Source: Polyangiaceae bacterium (GTDB taxonomy: Bacteria > Myxococcota_A > Polyangia > Polyangiales > Polyangiaceae). From it: DNA of 64,000 bases. Made by a program: the position numbers and the translations under genes. The stretch lies in the NCBI GenBank assembly GCA_033763455.1, contig JANRKO010000033.1, positions 128,001 through 192,000 on the forward strand, read 5' to 3'. The notes under the pieces are model-generated. The model saw only the letters and a list, made by a program, of their open reading frames with translations. It was not told where the DNA came from and did no database searches. Below, in pieces: positions 1 to 9,875 of the stretch (position 1 is its first letter; each line of letters opens with the position of its first letter).

Positions 1-62
1 TGCCCTTTTTGCCACCCAAAACTTGCGTGGCGGGAGGCCTGTCGGCACCATGGGCCAAAATC

Positions 63-1301
63 ATGCGCAAGCGTCCGCACGTATTAGGCATCGTTCTGGC
101 TGGAGGAGAAGGCAAGCGTCTGTGGCCGCTTACCCGAGATCGCGCGAAACCTGGGGTGCCGTTCGGCGCCAACTATCGATTGATCGACTTCGCCCTGAGT
201 AATCTGGCCAATGCAGGGTTCCTCAGGATTGCGGTCCTCACCCAGTACAAGAGCCACAGCCTGGACCGCCACATAGCCCAGATGTGGCGCATGTCGCCCT
301 TGTTCAATAACTACGTGATGACGGTGCCTGCGCAAATGCGTCACGGCAAACGCTGGTTCGAAGGCTCCGCTGACGCAATCTATCAGAACCTGAATCTCAT
401 TCACGACGAATCCCCCGATTACATCTGCGTGTTCTCCGCGGACCACATTTACCGCATGGATGCTTCGCAGCTTGTAGATGCACACGTTCAATCAGGAGCT
501 GGAGTCACAGTCGCAGGCATCCGCGTGCCGCGCGAAGAAGCCTTTCGCTTCGGCGTGATCGAGCCAGGTGCCAACAGCCGCATTGCTCGCTTTCGCGAGA
601 AACCCCAAGAGGCGGCCGGGCTTGCGGACAACCCGAACCAAGTGTTCGCCTCGATGGGCAATTACGTGTTTTCCACTAAGGTTTTGTTAGAAGCGCTTGA
701 AGCCGACGCCAAGGACGAAAGCAGCAGCCACGACATGGGTGGCAACATCATCACCAAGCTCGTGGAGCAGAACAACGCAGCTGTTTACGACTTCGCTGAG
801 AATCGCGTACCCGGGGCCACCGAACGCGATCGCGGCTACTGGCGCGACGTAGGAACGCTCGATAGCTATTACGACGCCCACATGGATCTCATCAGCGTTC
901 ACCCGGTATTCAACCTGTACAACGCCGATTGGCCAATCCATTCATCGTTGAACGCTGTACCTCCCGCAAAATTCGTATTTGACGACGAGGGCCGTCGGGG
1001 CACAGCCATCGACTCGCTAGTGAGCGCGGGAGTGATCGTTTCGGGTGGTACGGTGAAACGAAGTGTGCTCTCTTCTGGCGTCTACGTGCACTCCCATTCG
1101 AGCGTTGAAGGGTGCGTGTTGTTGAACGGTGTGGATGTGGGGCGGGGCGCCGTGCTTCGAAACGCCATCATCGACAAGAACGTGAAGATCCCGCCCGGCA
1201 CCAAGATTGGTGTTGATATTGAAGCGGATAGGAAGCGCGGCTTCACAATCTCCGACAACGGTGTAGTCGTGGTAGGTAAAGGCGAAATCTTAGAGCCGTA
1301 A
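63..1301 (+). CDS. glgC: glucose-1-phosphate adenylyltransferase (ADP-glucose pyrophosphorylase)
   Basis: [21 protein letters not shown] nucleotidyltransferase motif, [20 protein letters not shown] and C-terminal left-handed beta-helix; ATG at 63 preferred over the ORF start at 9. Confidence 0.96.
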   Translation: MRKRPHVLGIVLAGGEGKRLWPLTRDRAKPGVPFGANYRLIDFALSNLANAGFLRIAVLTQYKSHSLDRHIAQMWRMSPLFNNYVMTVPAQMRHGKRWFEGSADAIYQNLNLIHDESPDYICVFSADHIYRMDASQLVDAHVQSGAGVTVAGIRVPREEAFRFGVIEPGANSRIARFREKPQEAAGLADNPNQVFASMGNYVFSTKVLLEALEADAKDESSSHDMGGNIITKLVEQNNAAVYDFAENRVPGATERDRGYWRDVGTLDSYYDAHMDLISVHPVFNLYNADWPIHSSLNAVPPAKFVFDDEGRRGTAIDSLVSAGVIVSGGTVKRSVLSSGVYVHSHSSVEGCVLLNGVDVGRGAVLRNAIIDKNVKIPPGTKIGVDIEADRKRGFTISDNGVVVVGKGEILEP

Positions 1302-1318
1302 GCGGCAAGGCGGATGTT

Positions 1319-3148
1319 ATGTGCGGAATTGTTGGCTATGTTGGCTCCCAGGAATGTGCCGCGATTCTGCTTGATGGCTTGAGAAAGCTTGAATACCGCG
1401 GTTACGATTCGGCTGGCCTCGCTATCCACGACGGCAAGAAGGTCAACATCGTCCGTGCCGTTGGTAAGCTTCAGAATCTAGACCGCGCCCTCGCGAACCA
1501 ACCGCTCGCGGGCCACACCGGCATCGGCCACACGCGCTGGGCCACGCACGGAAAGCCTAGCGAACCCAACGCGCACCCACACCAAGCCGGTAATGTTGCC
1601 GTGGTTCATAACGGCATTATCGAGAACCACCTGGAACTCAAACGCCAACTGGAGGCGGACGGTGTGCGATTCCAGAGCGACACCGACACTGAAATTGTCG
1701 CACACCTGATTGATCGTGCACTCAGCCATACTTCAGATCTGATGGCGGCGGTCCGCAGTGCGCTTGGCCAAGTCCGGGGCGCCTACGCGCTCGGGGTAGT
1801 GTCCAACCTCCAGCCGGATCGGCTGATTGTCGCCAAAAATGCCTCACCCCTAGTGATAGGGATCGGGCAGGGCGAAATGCTCTGTGGGAGTGACATCCCA
1901 GCGCTCTTGAATCACACGCGGCGCATGTTGTTCCTGGAGGATGGCGACATCGCGGAACTTCTAGCCGACGGTGTGCGCATCGAAACCCTCTCAGGCGAAC
2001 GCGTGGAGCGCGTCGCGCGCACGGTGGATTGGAGCCCCGTGCAAGCCGAAAAGGGAGGCTTTAAGCATTTCATGCTCAAGGAGATCTTTGAGCAGCCGCG
2101 CTCCGTTGAAGACACGCTCCGTGGTCGCATCGATCTTGAAAATGGAGACCTTGTAGCGGAGGAATTGGGTCTCAGCGAAGCGGTGGCAACGAGTATCGAG
2201 CGAGTGTACTTCCTCGCTTGCGGCACCAGTTTCCACGCTGCACTCGTAGGGCGCTATTGGATAGAGCAATTGGCGCGTGTGCCAGCTACGGCCGAATTAG
2301 CGAGCGAAGTGCGCTACCGCGATCCTATTTTTGGCCCGAAAGATCTGGTGGTGGCCGTGAGCCAATCGGGGGAAACTGCGGACACCTTAGCAGCACTTCA
2401 AGCCGCCAAACAGGCCGGCGCGCAGATATTGGCACTCGTAAATGTGGTCGACAGCGCCATCGCCCGCGCCGCTCATGGCGCGCTCTACACACATGCTGGG
2501 CCTGAAATCGGCGTTGCTTCTACTAAGTGTTTCACGACCCAGTTGGCCGCGCTCTTGATGCTCGCCGTGTTCCTCGGGCGGCGTCGCCGAAGTTTAAGCC
2601 AAGATGCAGCGCGCAGCGTGCTTCAGGATCTCATTCAGGTGCCGAATGAAATGCGCAAAGCCCTTGAAAATAAGGACCAGGCGATGGCCGTGGCGCGAGC
2701 TTGGCAGCACACCGAGCACATGTTGTTCCTCGGTCGTGGCCTCGGATTTCCGATCGCCTTAGAAGGTGCACTCAAGCTCAAAGAGATCAGCTATGCCCAC
2801 GCGGAGGGCTATGCGGCGGGAGAGATGAAGCACGGCCCTATCGCGCTCATCGATTCGAACATGCCTGTGGTGGTGGTGATGCCTCAAGATCGCCACTACG
2901 AGAAAACGCTCTCAAGCCTGCAGGAAGTGAAGGCTCGCGATGCACAGGTCATCGCCGTGGTCACCGAAGGCGATGAGAACGCGTCCAAGCTGGCCGAGCA
3001 CACGCTCGAAATCCCGGCGGCCTCGGAGACAGTCTTGCCACTGCTAACGGTGCTACCTTTGCAGCTCGTAGCGTATTATTTCGCTGACCTTAAAGGTACT
3101 GACGTCGATCAGCCAAGGAATCTCGCTAAGACCGTCACAGTAGAGTGA
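1319..3148 (+). CDS. glmS: glutamine-fructose-6-phosphate transaminase (isomerizing)
   Basis: N-terminal MCGIVG, LEYRGYDSAG, GHTRWATHG, SQSGETADT, GPEIGVASTK, EMKHGP, C-terminal DQPRNLAKTVTVE. Confidence 0.98.
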   Translation: MCGIVGYVGSQECAAILLDGLRKLEYRGYDSAGLAIHDGKKVNIVRAVGKLQNLDRALANQPLAGHTGIGHTRWATHGKPSEPNAHPHQAGNVAVVHNGIIENHLELKRQLEADGVRFQSDTDTEIVAHLIDRALSHTSDLMAAVRSALGQVRGAYALGVVSNLQPDRLIVAKNASPLVIGIGQGEMLCGSDIPALLNHTRRMLFLEDGDIAELLADGVRIETLSGERVERVARTVDWSPVQAEKGGFKHFMLKEIFEQPRSVEDTLRGRIDLENGDLVAEELGLSEAVATSIERVYFLACGTSFHAALVGRYWIEQLARVPATAELASEVRYRDPIFGPKDLVVAVSQSGETADTLAALQAAKQAGAQILALVNVVDSAIARAAHGALYTHAGPEIGVASTKCFTTQLAALLMLAVFLGRRRRSLSQDAARSVLQDLIQVPNEMRKALENKDQAMAVARAWQHTEHMLFLGRGLGFPIALEGALKLKEISYAHAEGYAAGEMKHGPIALIDSNMPVVVVMPQDRHYEKTLSSLQEVKARDAQVIAVVTEGDENASKLAEHTLEIPAASETVLPLLTVLPLQLVAYYFADLKGTDVDQPRNLAKTVTVE

Positions 3149-3190
3149 GAAGCATTGACGAACCGAGGCAGCTCACGTTTTGTGGCGGGC

Positions 3191-3946
3191 ATGACGATAC
3201 GGCCTTTGGGTTTTGTGATTTTAGTGCTCAGTGCGAACGCTTGCGGCGGCTCCCCCGCCCCACAGGCGCACGCTCCTGAAGCGGCCTCGGATCCCGGCAA
3301 AGCTCCCGCGCAAAGTCCCGAGTCCACCGCATCTGAAGCTCCCGAAGCCGAAACGACCGCGGAAATCCCCATCACGTGTGCCAAAGGCAGCGACCCCTGC
3401 ACGCCGCCGGGCGCCTTCGTGAACAAGCTCTGCTCTGGAAGTTATCCTGGAGTTGCGCTATACCTCTTTGCAAAGGATACTCCCTTCGTGCGCAGCTACC
3501 TGACTCGTAGAACGGAAGCTTGGAATGCCTCCGGCGGAGTCTCGGAAACGGGCTTTGTGGAGTTTGACGAAGAGGTACTGATCTTGCGCTCGCGCAAGGC
3601 AGACCTCGGCGGCATGCAGGTGAGCGGTGCTGGTGGCGGCTACGATGCATTGCGCTGGAGCGGCACTTGCGTAACGCTCGATGCGAATGAACTGACGCGC
3701 AACAAGCCGCCAGCGGCCAAGAATGCAAAGGTGGAATTTCGCTTCCTCGACGACGCCATCAAAGATGCACTCCGCGAAAATGAGACCGTAAACGCTGCGT
3801 ACCTAGCGAGGAAGAAAGAATGCAAAGGCGCCACCAGTGGCGATGTGAGCCTCGCTTGTGTAAAGGCGGATGAAGCCTTGAGCCGCGCGATTGTTAGCTA
3901 TGTACGGGACGGCGGTACCGTCCCGATGCCCACCAATCGCCCCTAG
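3191..3946 (+). CDS. hypothetical lipoprotein
   Basis: Hydrophobic signal ending ANA-C, Pro/Ala/Glu linker, Cys-containing globular domain; start chosen at ATG 3191. Confidence 0.7.
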   Translation: MTIRPLGFVILVLSANACGGSPAPQAHAPEAASDPGKAPAQSPESTASEAPEAETTAEIPITCAKGSDPCTPPGAFVNKLCSGSYPGVALYLFAKDTPFVRSYLTRRTEAWNASGGVSETGFVEFDEEVLILRSRKADLGGMQVSGAGGGYDALRWSGTCVTLDANELTRNKPPAAKNAKVEFRFLDDAIKDALRENETVNAAYLARKKECKGATSGDVSLACVKADEALSRAIVSYVRDGGTVPMPTNRP

Positions 3947-5259
3947 ATCGGCTCTCGCCACCAAACGTCGGCAAGTTCGAAACGCTCCAGGTTTACAAAT
4001 CGGGCATCGCAGGCGCCGCGAAGCTTAAGCTCCCCCACCACCCCTAAGGGAAGCGTGAGCGCCACCTCGCGCGCCGCATTTACCTTCAACTTGGGTGGAT
4101 GCAGAGCAAGCTTCGGATTTTGTGCGGCAAGCAGAGTCACGAGCATATGCTCACCTTTGGAGCCCAAGGCCCTCACAAACTCCAGGCTTAGCGCCGGTTC
4201 CCGCGTGGCACTGGCCCGCTCGATCTCCGTTTTGGACACACGCTTCACGAGAAGCTCGTGACCTGGTTGGCTCAACGTACCAGCCATAACCTGTGCCGCT
4301 TCCACCAATTGAGAGCATGCCGTATCCACCAAGAGCGTCGTCGGGGGGCCTCCCCAAAATCCTCGCGCAGCGCGCGGCGGCTCCCCCACAATGCCAACGT
4401 GGCCAAGCTTGGTGAGATCTGTTCCATCCAAGAGCGCCTGCAGAACTCCCGGCGCGCCCCAACGGCCCAGCCCCGCATGGCTTCGCAAGACTACCCAACC
4501 GAGCGAACCCGCTGAGAACGGGATCGCGCCGGCTCGCGGCCGATAGAGTCCTTTGCCAAACCAACCAACCGCCGAATCTCCCGCCTCAAAGGCAGAGAGC
4601 GCGTCGCCCAAAGAGTCAGCCCGCTCAACAACGATCGAATCTAGGTAAGCAGGGCCGCGAGGGGCTGAAAGATTGCGCGACAGCACCAATCGTCGTCCCG
4701 CGATTTCCGCAGTAAACGCCCCTAGTCCTCGATGTTTTTTTGGCGAAAAATTGGCCTCCGTCATACGTGATGCCGCGCAAGCCAAAATGTCGGCTACTTG
4801 ATCAGGGGCAGGAGTCCGGATCAGAAGCGTGCGCTCTGCCGCAGGATCCACGCTAAGGTCTTGCCACTCCGCAAACAACCCCATCGCCGGTCCACGCCGC
4901 GCACGCTCCAACGATTGCAGCGCGTGAACTGCGAGAAATTTGGCACCGTTAGCCGCACGCAACCCGGGTCGAAGCGTCACACGAGCCAAGCCCTGCTCCA
5001 CTTTCGGCAAGGCCTCGGTTAAAGTTGGAAATAGAGTCGCTCCGTTTCGGGCATACAGAGTTTCTGTGACAAACGGCAGAAAAGCCGCGGACAACGGATC
5101 TCCTAAGGCGTCAGGATCAAGCGCCTCAATGGCCCACGGCACGCGAATCTTCAGCACCCCACCAAACGGATTGCGCTCCAGCGCCCGGCTCTCAGAGACG
5201 GATGAAAGCAAGAGGGCCCCACTCACAACGCCGAGCTGTCGCCGCGAAATCCCGTTCAT
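3943..5259 (-). CDS. ABC substrate-binding family 5-like protein with Tat-like signal
   Basis: SRRQL twin-arginine-like motif; LDP...ETLY...P.L....TLRPGL pattern, GLGAF, AYLDSIVV, AFEAGD typical of SBP_bac_5; no permease nearby. Confidence 0.65.
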   Translation of the reverse strand: MNGISRRQLGVVSGALLLSSVSESRALERNPFGGVLKIRVPWAIEALDPDALGDPLSAAFLPFVTETLYARNGATLFPTLTEALPKVEQGLARVTLRPGLRAANGAKFLAVHALQSLERARRGPAMGLFAEWQDLSVDPAAERTLLIRTPAPDQVADILACAASRMTEANFSPKKHRGLGAFTAEIAGRRLVLSRNLSAPRGPAYLDSIVVERADSLGDALSAFEAGDSAVGWFGKGLYRPRAGAIPFSAGSLGWVVLRSHAGLGRWGAPGVLQALLDGTDLTKLGHVGIVGEPPRAARGFWGGPPTTLLVDTACSQLVEAAQVMAGTLSQPGHELLVKRVSKTEIERASATREPALSLEFVRALGSKGEHMLVTLLAAQNPKLALHPPKLKVNAAREVALTLPLGVVGELKLRGACDARFVNLERFELADVWWREPI

Positions 5260-6707
5260 CGAAACACCAACAAGCGCGACTTCGACAAGACCAAAACTGG
5301 GCTAGATGGCCCGCCAAGCCAAGGACAGACCGCCACCGCAACGACTCCGTCCTCGACCGGAAAGCGTAGCCGTGGGGCGGAAAGGTTATCCAGCCATCGC
5401 ACTTCGAGAGCATCCTCTTTTGGCGAAAACGTAGGGAGTGAATTCAGAAATTCGGGAGCACCGTCTCCGTCAAGATCCCCGAGAGCAAGGCTGCTTCCAA
5501 CGCCAGCAACCTGTAGTGGCGCATCTTGAACACCAAACAGTAGCGCCACCCCGGCTCCCCAATTGCGAACGGCACCGAACACTTTTCGCTTCCCCTCCGC
5601 GGTTATCAGGTGTGCGCCGGCCACCGCATCTACAACGCCACTCAATTCGAAGCCCCGTGTGCTTGCCTTGGTGGCCGAAGGGCATCCTGTGGATAGCCCG
5701 CCCAAGCCGAGGCCCGTTCGTTCCAAACACCCGATAGAAGGCCAGGGCAACCGCCCCTCCCAACGAGCCATGCTGTCGTCGGAAAGGGAGAGTCGTAACA
5801 TGAAGCGGCGATCAGTCAGCCCAGCATGCACGCTCCCATCGGGGGCGAAATCAACACTCGCCAACGGTTCTCGCAGGGGTACCGGCGCCACCTCTGAGAG
5901 CTTCGCCCAAGGCCAGCGCTTTTTCGTAGCGAGCTTTCCCCCCGACAATTCCTCGACCCAAACGCTTTGACGGCCGACGAATGCAATCCGCACACCGTCT
6001 CGTTTCTCATTATACTCACAGGCTAACGCTATGGGAGGCTCGGGCCCCAAGGGGAAGGACTCCGCGAGCTTGATTGATGCCGGTCTTGACGCAGAAGGAA
6101 GCAGCGTTCGCACGCTCGGATCACTTGAAGCACTTGCAACAAACACCTGAATGGCTGCAGTTTGGTTACGAATGCGGTCCCAGAACCCTCCGCGTTCCGC
6201 CGAAAACACTGAAACCCTAACGTTGAGCGTGCCGAAGTTGAGGCTCAATTCAAGATGGACCTGCTGGCCCTCATGCGTGCGTTTTGCCACCTCGCCCTTG
6301 GCTTGGGGCCCAGGATATTCGACCACCTGAATATTCGGGTCGCTGCCAAGCGGCCACAACACGGAACCCAGCGAATGCACGTGAGGCTTGCCACGGAGCT
6401 TCTGCGCCAGCGCGGCCTGTAGTTTTGCAGACACCGCATGAAGCTGACTTGCCCCCGTCGTATCCCCATAACTCACAGCAACCTTCCGTGCTCTCGGCAA
6501 CTGCGCCGCGATCTGGCACGCGAGGAGATCTATCGCGGTGTTGGGAGTGCAGCGTGCTGCCAGCGCTGCTGGCGTTTCGTCTGTAGGCGTTCTTTCCTCG
6601 GCGGCCGAAACATGCCCGACCAAAAACAGGGCGGCACCTGAAATCCAAGCGGTCAGCGCTCTCCAACCCAACACACTCTCTCCGTAGCGCCAAATCCTCG
6701 GGGCCAA
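5256..6707 (-). CDS. hypothetical exported protein with FG-GAP/VCBS-like motif
   Basis: Signal-like N-terminus; LALGDLDGDGAPEF calcium-blade motif near C-terminus; 4-nt overlap with the downstream gene; start uncertain. Confidence 0.6.
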   Translation of the reverse strand: MAPRIWRYGESVLGWRALTAWISGAALFLVGHVSAAEERTPTDETPAALAARCTPNTAIDLLACQIAAQLPRARKVAVSYGDTTGASQLHAVSAKLQAALAQKLRGKPHVHSLGSVLWPLGSDPNIQVVEYPGPQAKGEVAKRTHEGQQVHLELSLNFGTLNVRVSVFSAERGGFWDRIRNQTAAIQVFVASASSDPSVRTLLPSASRPASIKLAESFPLGPEPPIALACEYNEKRDGVRIAFVGRQSVWVEELSGGKLATKKRWPWAKLSEVAPVPLREPLASVDFAPDGSVHAGLTDRRFMLRLSLSDDSMARWEGRLPWPSIGCLERTGLGLGGLSTGCPSATKASTRGFELSGVVDAVAGAHLITAEGKRKVFGAVRNWGAGVALLFGVQDAPLQVAGVGSSLALGDLDGDGAPEFLNSLPTFSPKEDALEVRWLDNLSAPRLRFPVEDGVVAVAVCPWLGGPSSPVLVLSKSRLLVFR

Positions 6708-6775
6708 AAGCCTGAGCCGCAGATCGCCATTTTCGGATTGCCGCTCCGGCCTCCCTCAAATATGCTGCGCCCCCC

Positions 6776-7528
6776 ATGAAAACCCTCGTTTTACTGCGTC
6801 ACGGTCAAAGCCAATGGAACCTCGATAATCGCTTCACCGGTTGGGTGGATGTTCCGCTCAGTGATGTGGGTGTGGAGGAGGCACGGGCCGCCGGGCAACT
6901 CCTGAAGAAGGAGGGTTTTCAATTTGACGTCGCGTTCACCTCCGTTCTCAAGCGCGCTATCAAGACGCTTTGGCTCACGCTCGAAGAAACCGACCAGATG
7001 TGGATCCCAGTTCATCGCAGCTGGCGCATCAACGAACGCATGTACGGAGCGCTTCAAGGCCTCGACAAAGGCGAGACGGCACGCATCCACGGTGAAGAGC
7101 AAGTCAAGATTTGGCGTCGCAGTTACGACATTCCGCCGCCCGCGATGACGGACGACAACGAGTTCTTTCCAGGCAAAGATCGCCGTTATGCCCAGCTCAA
7201 AGGGGAACTCCCCCGCACCGAGTCGCTGAAAGATACGGTGGCGCGTTTCCTTCCGTTTTGGGAGGGCTCCATTGCACCGGCGCTGCGTGAAGGCCAACGT
7301 GTGGTGATCGCCGCTCACGGCAACAGCTTGCGCGCGCTCGTGAAGCATCTGGATAACGTGAGCGAGAAGGAAATTCTAGAGCTCAATATCCCGACGGCAG
7401 AGCCGCTCTTGTACGAGCTGGACGACAATTTGAAGCCTATTGTGCGCGGTGGCCGTTACCTGAACGAAGCCGCTGCCAAAGAGAAAGCCGCTGCAGTTGC
7501 CGCTCAAGGGTCTATCAAGAAGGCCTAA
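6776..7528 (+). CDS. gpmA: 2,3-bisphosphoglycerate-dependent phosphoglycerate mutase
   Basis: [47 protein letters not shown]. Confidence 0.97.
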   Translation: MKTLVLLRHGQSQWNLDNRFTGWVDVPLSDVGVEEARAAGQLLKKEGFQFDVAFTSVLKRAIKTLWLTLEETDQMWIPVHRSWRINERMYGALQGLDKGETARIHGEEQVKIWRRSYDIPPPAMTDDNEFFPGKDRRYAQLKGELPRTESLKDTVARFLPFWEGSIAPALREGQRVVIAAHGNSLRALVKHLDNVSEKEILELNIPTAEPLLYELDDNLKPIVRGGRYLNEAAAKEKAAAVAAQGSIKKA

Positions 7529-7583
7529 AAGCGCGTGACGTATTGAAGGGTACAAGGCCCTAAAAGCGCGTAACGTATTGAAG
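7524..7583. repeat. 25-bp direct repeat (1 mismatch, 35-bp period) at a convergent gene junction
   Basis: cctaaaagcgcgtgacgtattgaag (7524-7548) vs cctaaaagcgcgtaacgtattgaag (7559-7583). Confidence 0.9.
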
Positions 7584-8390
7584 CTTGCGCTCGATAGGAT
7601 CAAAGGTGAGCGCTTGGGCCTGCCCGTCGGGGCTGCGGCTTAGCCACAGAACCATTCCGGTTCCCGTGGCGACCAGCGCCCCGCCTCCAAGGATGAGCGT
7701 GCGAGCGTCCAGCTTGTGGGAAGTCACTGCGCTCATCGTGGTAGCACCGCCCAGCGCAAGCCCGACGCCAAAGGAGATGTGCATAGCTGTAGAAGAGCTA
7801 CCCTCCCGAGCCGGGCTTGCAGCGGATGAGCTGGACATTTCCTCCAACAACACCAGTTCTCGCTTCTCCCCCGCTCGCAGGCGCAAGCGACGTGCTACCG
7901 GCGACATTCCCTCTCGCTCTACGCTCACACTCGCAGTGCCAGGAGCGGCGTAAAATACACCCCGTGCATTAGAAGCGCGACCATTGACGCGCAGTGTGGC
8001 CTCCGGAACCATCGAGGAATCGAGCCTAATTTCGGCAGCGTTTCGCAGCGCCAGAGCTAGCTGCTCTTCGCAGCGCTGCTTCAGCGTGGCATCAGTTCGC
8101 TCGTCGGCACGCACCTGCCGAAGATGGAAGATCCCCGCATCGTAGTCCTTCAAAGCCACCTCGGAGAGCGCGAGGTTAAACAAGATCACCGGGTGAGCAC
8201 GCAGCTTGAGCGAGCGCCGAAAGAGTTTACTCGCCTCTCCCCACCGCTTGTTCTCAAAAGCCTGAACACCAGCCTCAAACGCAAGCCTACCGCACTCGGT
8301 AGCACCCAGCTCACAGGAAGCTTCGGCAGCTCGGGTTGGAAGTGCCCAGAGCGAAAACGCCAATCCCGAAACCAAAGCCCAGCAGCGCAT
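7560..8390 (-). CDS. exported TPR/PEGA-like protein (kinase-associated)
   Basis: Signal peptide, TPR-like helices (AFEAGVQAF...ILFNLAL), beta-rich PEGA-like segment, C-terminal hydrophobic hairpin; 3 nt downstream of the kinase gene. Confidence 0.65.
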   Translation of the reverse strand: MRCWALVSGLAFSLWALPTRAAEASCELGATECGRLAFEAGVQAFENKRWGEASKLFRRSLKLRAHPVILFNLALSEVALKDYDAGIFHLRQVRADERTDATLKQRCEEQLALALRNAAEIRLDSSMVPEATLRVNGRASNARGVFYAAPGTASVSVEREGMSPVARRLRLRAGEKRELVLLEEMSSSSAASPAREGSSSTAMHISFGVGLALGGATTMSAVTSHKLDARTLILGGGALVATGTGMVLWLSRSPDGQAQALTFDPIERKLQYVTRF

Positions 8391-8393
8391 TTT

Positions 8394-9767
8394 TCAAAAA
8401 GGATAACTCTTCACGAGGGGAGAGCGTTTTGGAGGGGACGCCTTTTCCAACTGACCCGGGCTTCCAGCGGCGCCCTCGCGGCGCCCAGCACGGCCCAAGT
8501 CGCTCGAAGCTGTGGTTGACGGAGCAGGAACCGGACCGGGCGTGGGTGGCGCGGCTGCCGAACCGAGCGAAGCACCTTGAGGTTCGCCGGCAGAGTGTCC
8601 GAGGTCGCCCACAAATCTGTCAAATGCCACGTAGGCGCCGAGCGCTAACAGCGCTGCCACGAGAGCGAAAGTGCGATATTTGGCGGACGTAGGAGCAGGA
8701 AGCACAGTGGTGTTCGACGCCACGCTAAACGTCGAATCCGTTTCCTCCTTGAAGCTTCCGGACTGACCTTGCTTGAGCAATGCCGTTGCAGTCTCTTGCT
8801 CGGAGCGCTCCTCACGGAATTGCTCGTTCATGATCGCAGCGAGCTGCTCGGCCACCGGCGTGGTTACCATGGTTGCAACGTATGCATCGAGTGCCTCGGC
8901 CATTTCCTTGGCTGACTGAAAGCGCTTTTCCGGTGCGCCCTCAAGCGCGCGCAACACGATCTTCCGCAAGCCTTCTGGAAAATCTGCAACGCGCTCACGC
9001 GGATCTGGAATATCCCCCATCACAATCTTGTGCAGGGCTTCTACCCTATCGAGATCAGGGAATAGCCGTGCACCCACGGCGGCCTCGTAGAGAGTTACAC
9101 CCAACGAGAAGATATCCGCTCGATGATCGTAGTCACGAGAAAGCGCCTGCTCCGGCGCCATGTACGCGAATTTACCCTTAACTTGCCCAAGATCCGTTTG
9201 CTGAAGCCGACCTTCAGCTCGCGCAATACCGAAATCTATAATCTTAACGTTCCCTGAGTAAGTGACGAAAATGTTCTGCGGGCTCACGTCGCGATGCACC
9301 ACATGGGCTGGGTCCCCGTGCTCATCCAGCAACTGATGCGCCTCGTGCAACCCTTCCAACGCCCGAGCTGCAATCCAGGCGACCACAGGATACGGAAGGC
9401 GGTCCCCACGCTGGCGGATCCGCGATACCAAGCGGGAGAGCGGCTGCCCGTGCAAATACTCCATGGCCAGCACGAGGCGGCTCTCTTCCTGCAGAAGATC
9501 GTACACGTGCACGACATTTGGATGATTGAGGCGAACAGCGAGGTTCGCTTCGTCCACGAACATATCTACAAAGGCCTTCTCTCCCAAGAGGTGTTCGTGA
9601 ATTACCTTGAGGGCCACGAGCCTTCCGAAACTATGCGGCCCCGTGCTCACCGCCAAATACACCGAAGCGGTGCCACCCGAGCCGAGGCGCCCACCTACCC
9701 GGTAGCGGCCGAGGCGCGCTCCCGTGAGGGGTCCTTTATGCTCAGGTATGCCGGTTGCGAGCCCCAT
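8394..9767 (-). CDS. membrane serine/threonine protein kinase
   Basis: LGSGGTASVY, VALK, HRDVSPQN, DFGIA, YMAPE, ADIFSLG; TM helix and Pro-rich tail; start approximate. Confidence 0.93.
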   Translation of the reverse strand: MGLATGIPEHKGPLTGARLGRYRVGGRLGSGGTASVYLAVSTGPHSFGRLVALKVIHEHLLGEKAFVDMFVDEANLAVRLNHPNVVHVYDLLQEESRLVLAMEYLHGQPLSRLVSRIRQRGDRLPYPVVAWIAARALEGLHEAHQLLDEHGDPAHVVHRDVSPQNIFVTYSGNVKIIDFGIARAEGRLQQTDLGQVKGKFAYMAPEQALSRDYDHRADIFSLGVTLYEAAVGARLFPDLDRVEALHKIVMGDIPDPRERVADFPEGLRKIVLRALEGAPEKRFQSAKEMAEALDAYVATMVTTPVAEQLAAIMNEQFREERSEQETATALLKQGQSGSFKEETDSTFSVASNTTVLPAPTSAKYRTFALVAALLALGAYVAFDRFVGDLGHSAGEPQGASLGSAAAPPTPGPVPAPSTTASSDLGRAGRREGAAGSPGQLEKASPPKRSPLVKSYPF

Positions 9768-9875
9768 TGATCTTGCCAAGGTAACACGCGTAAACGTACG
9801 CGCTCAGATGCCGCTCACCCAAACGAGCTATTTGCACCCAACGGCCCACGAATTGCCGGGAAATGAAGGCTATTT

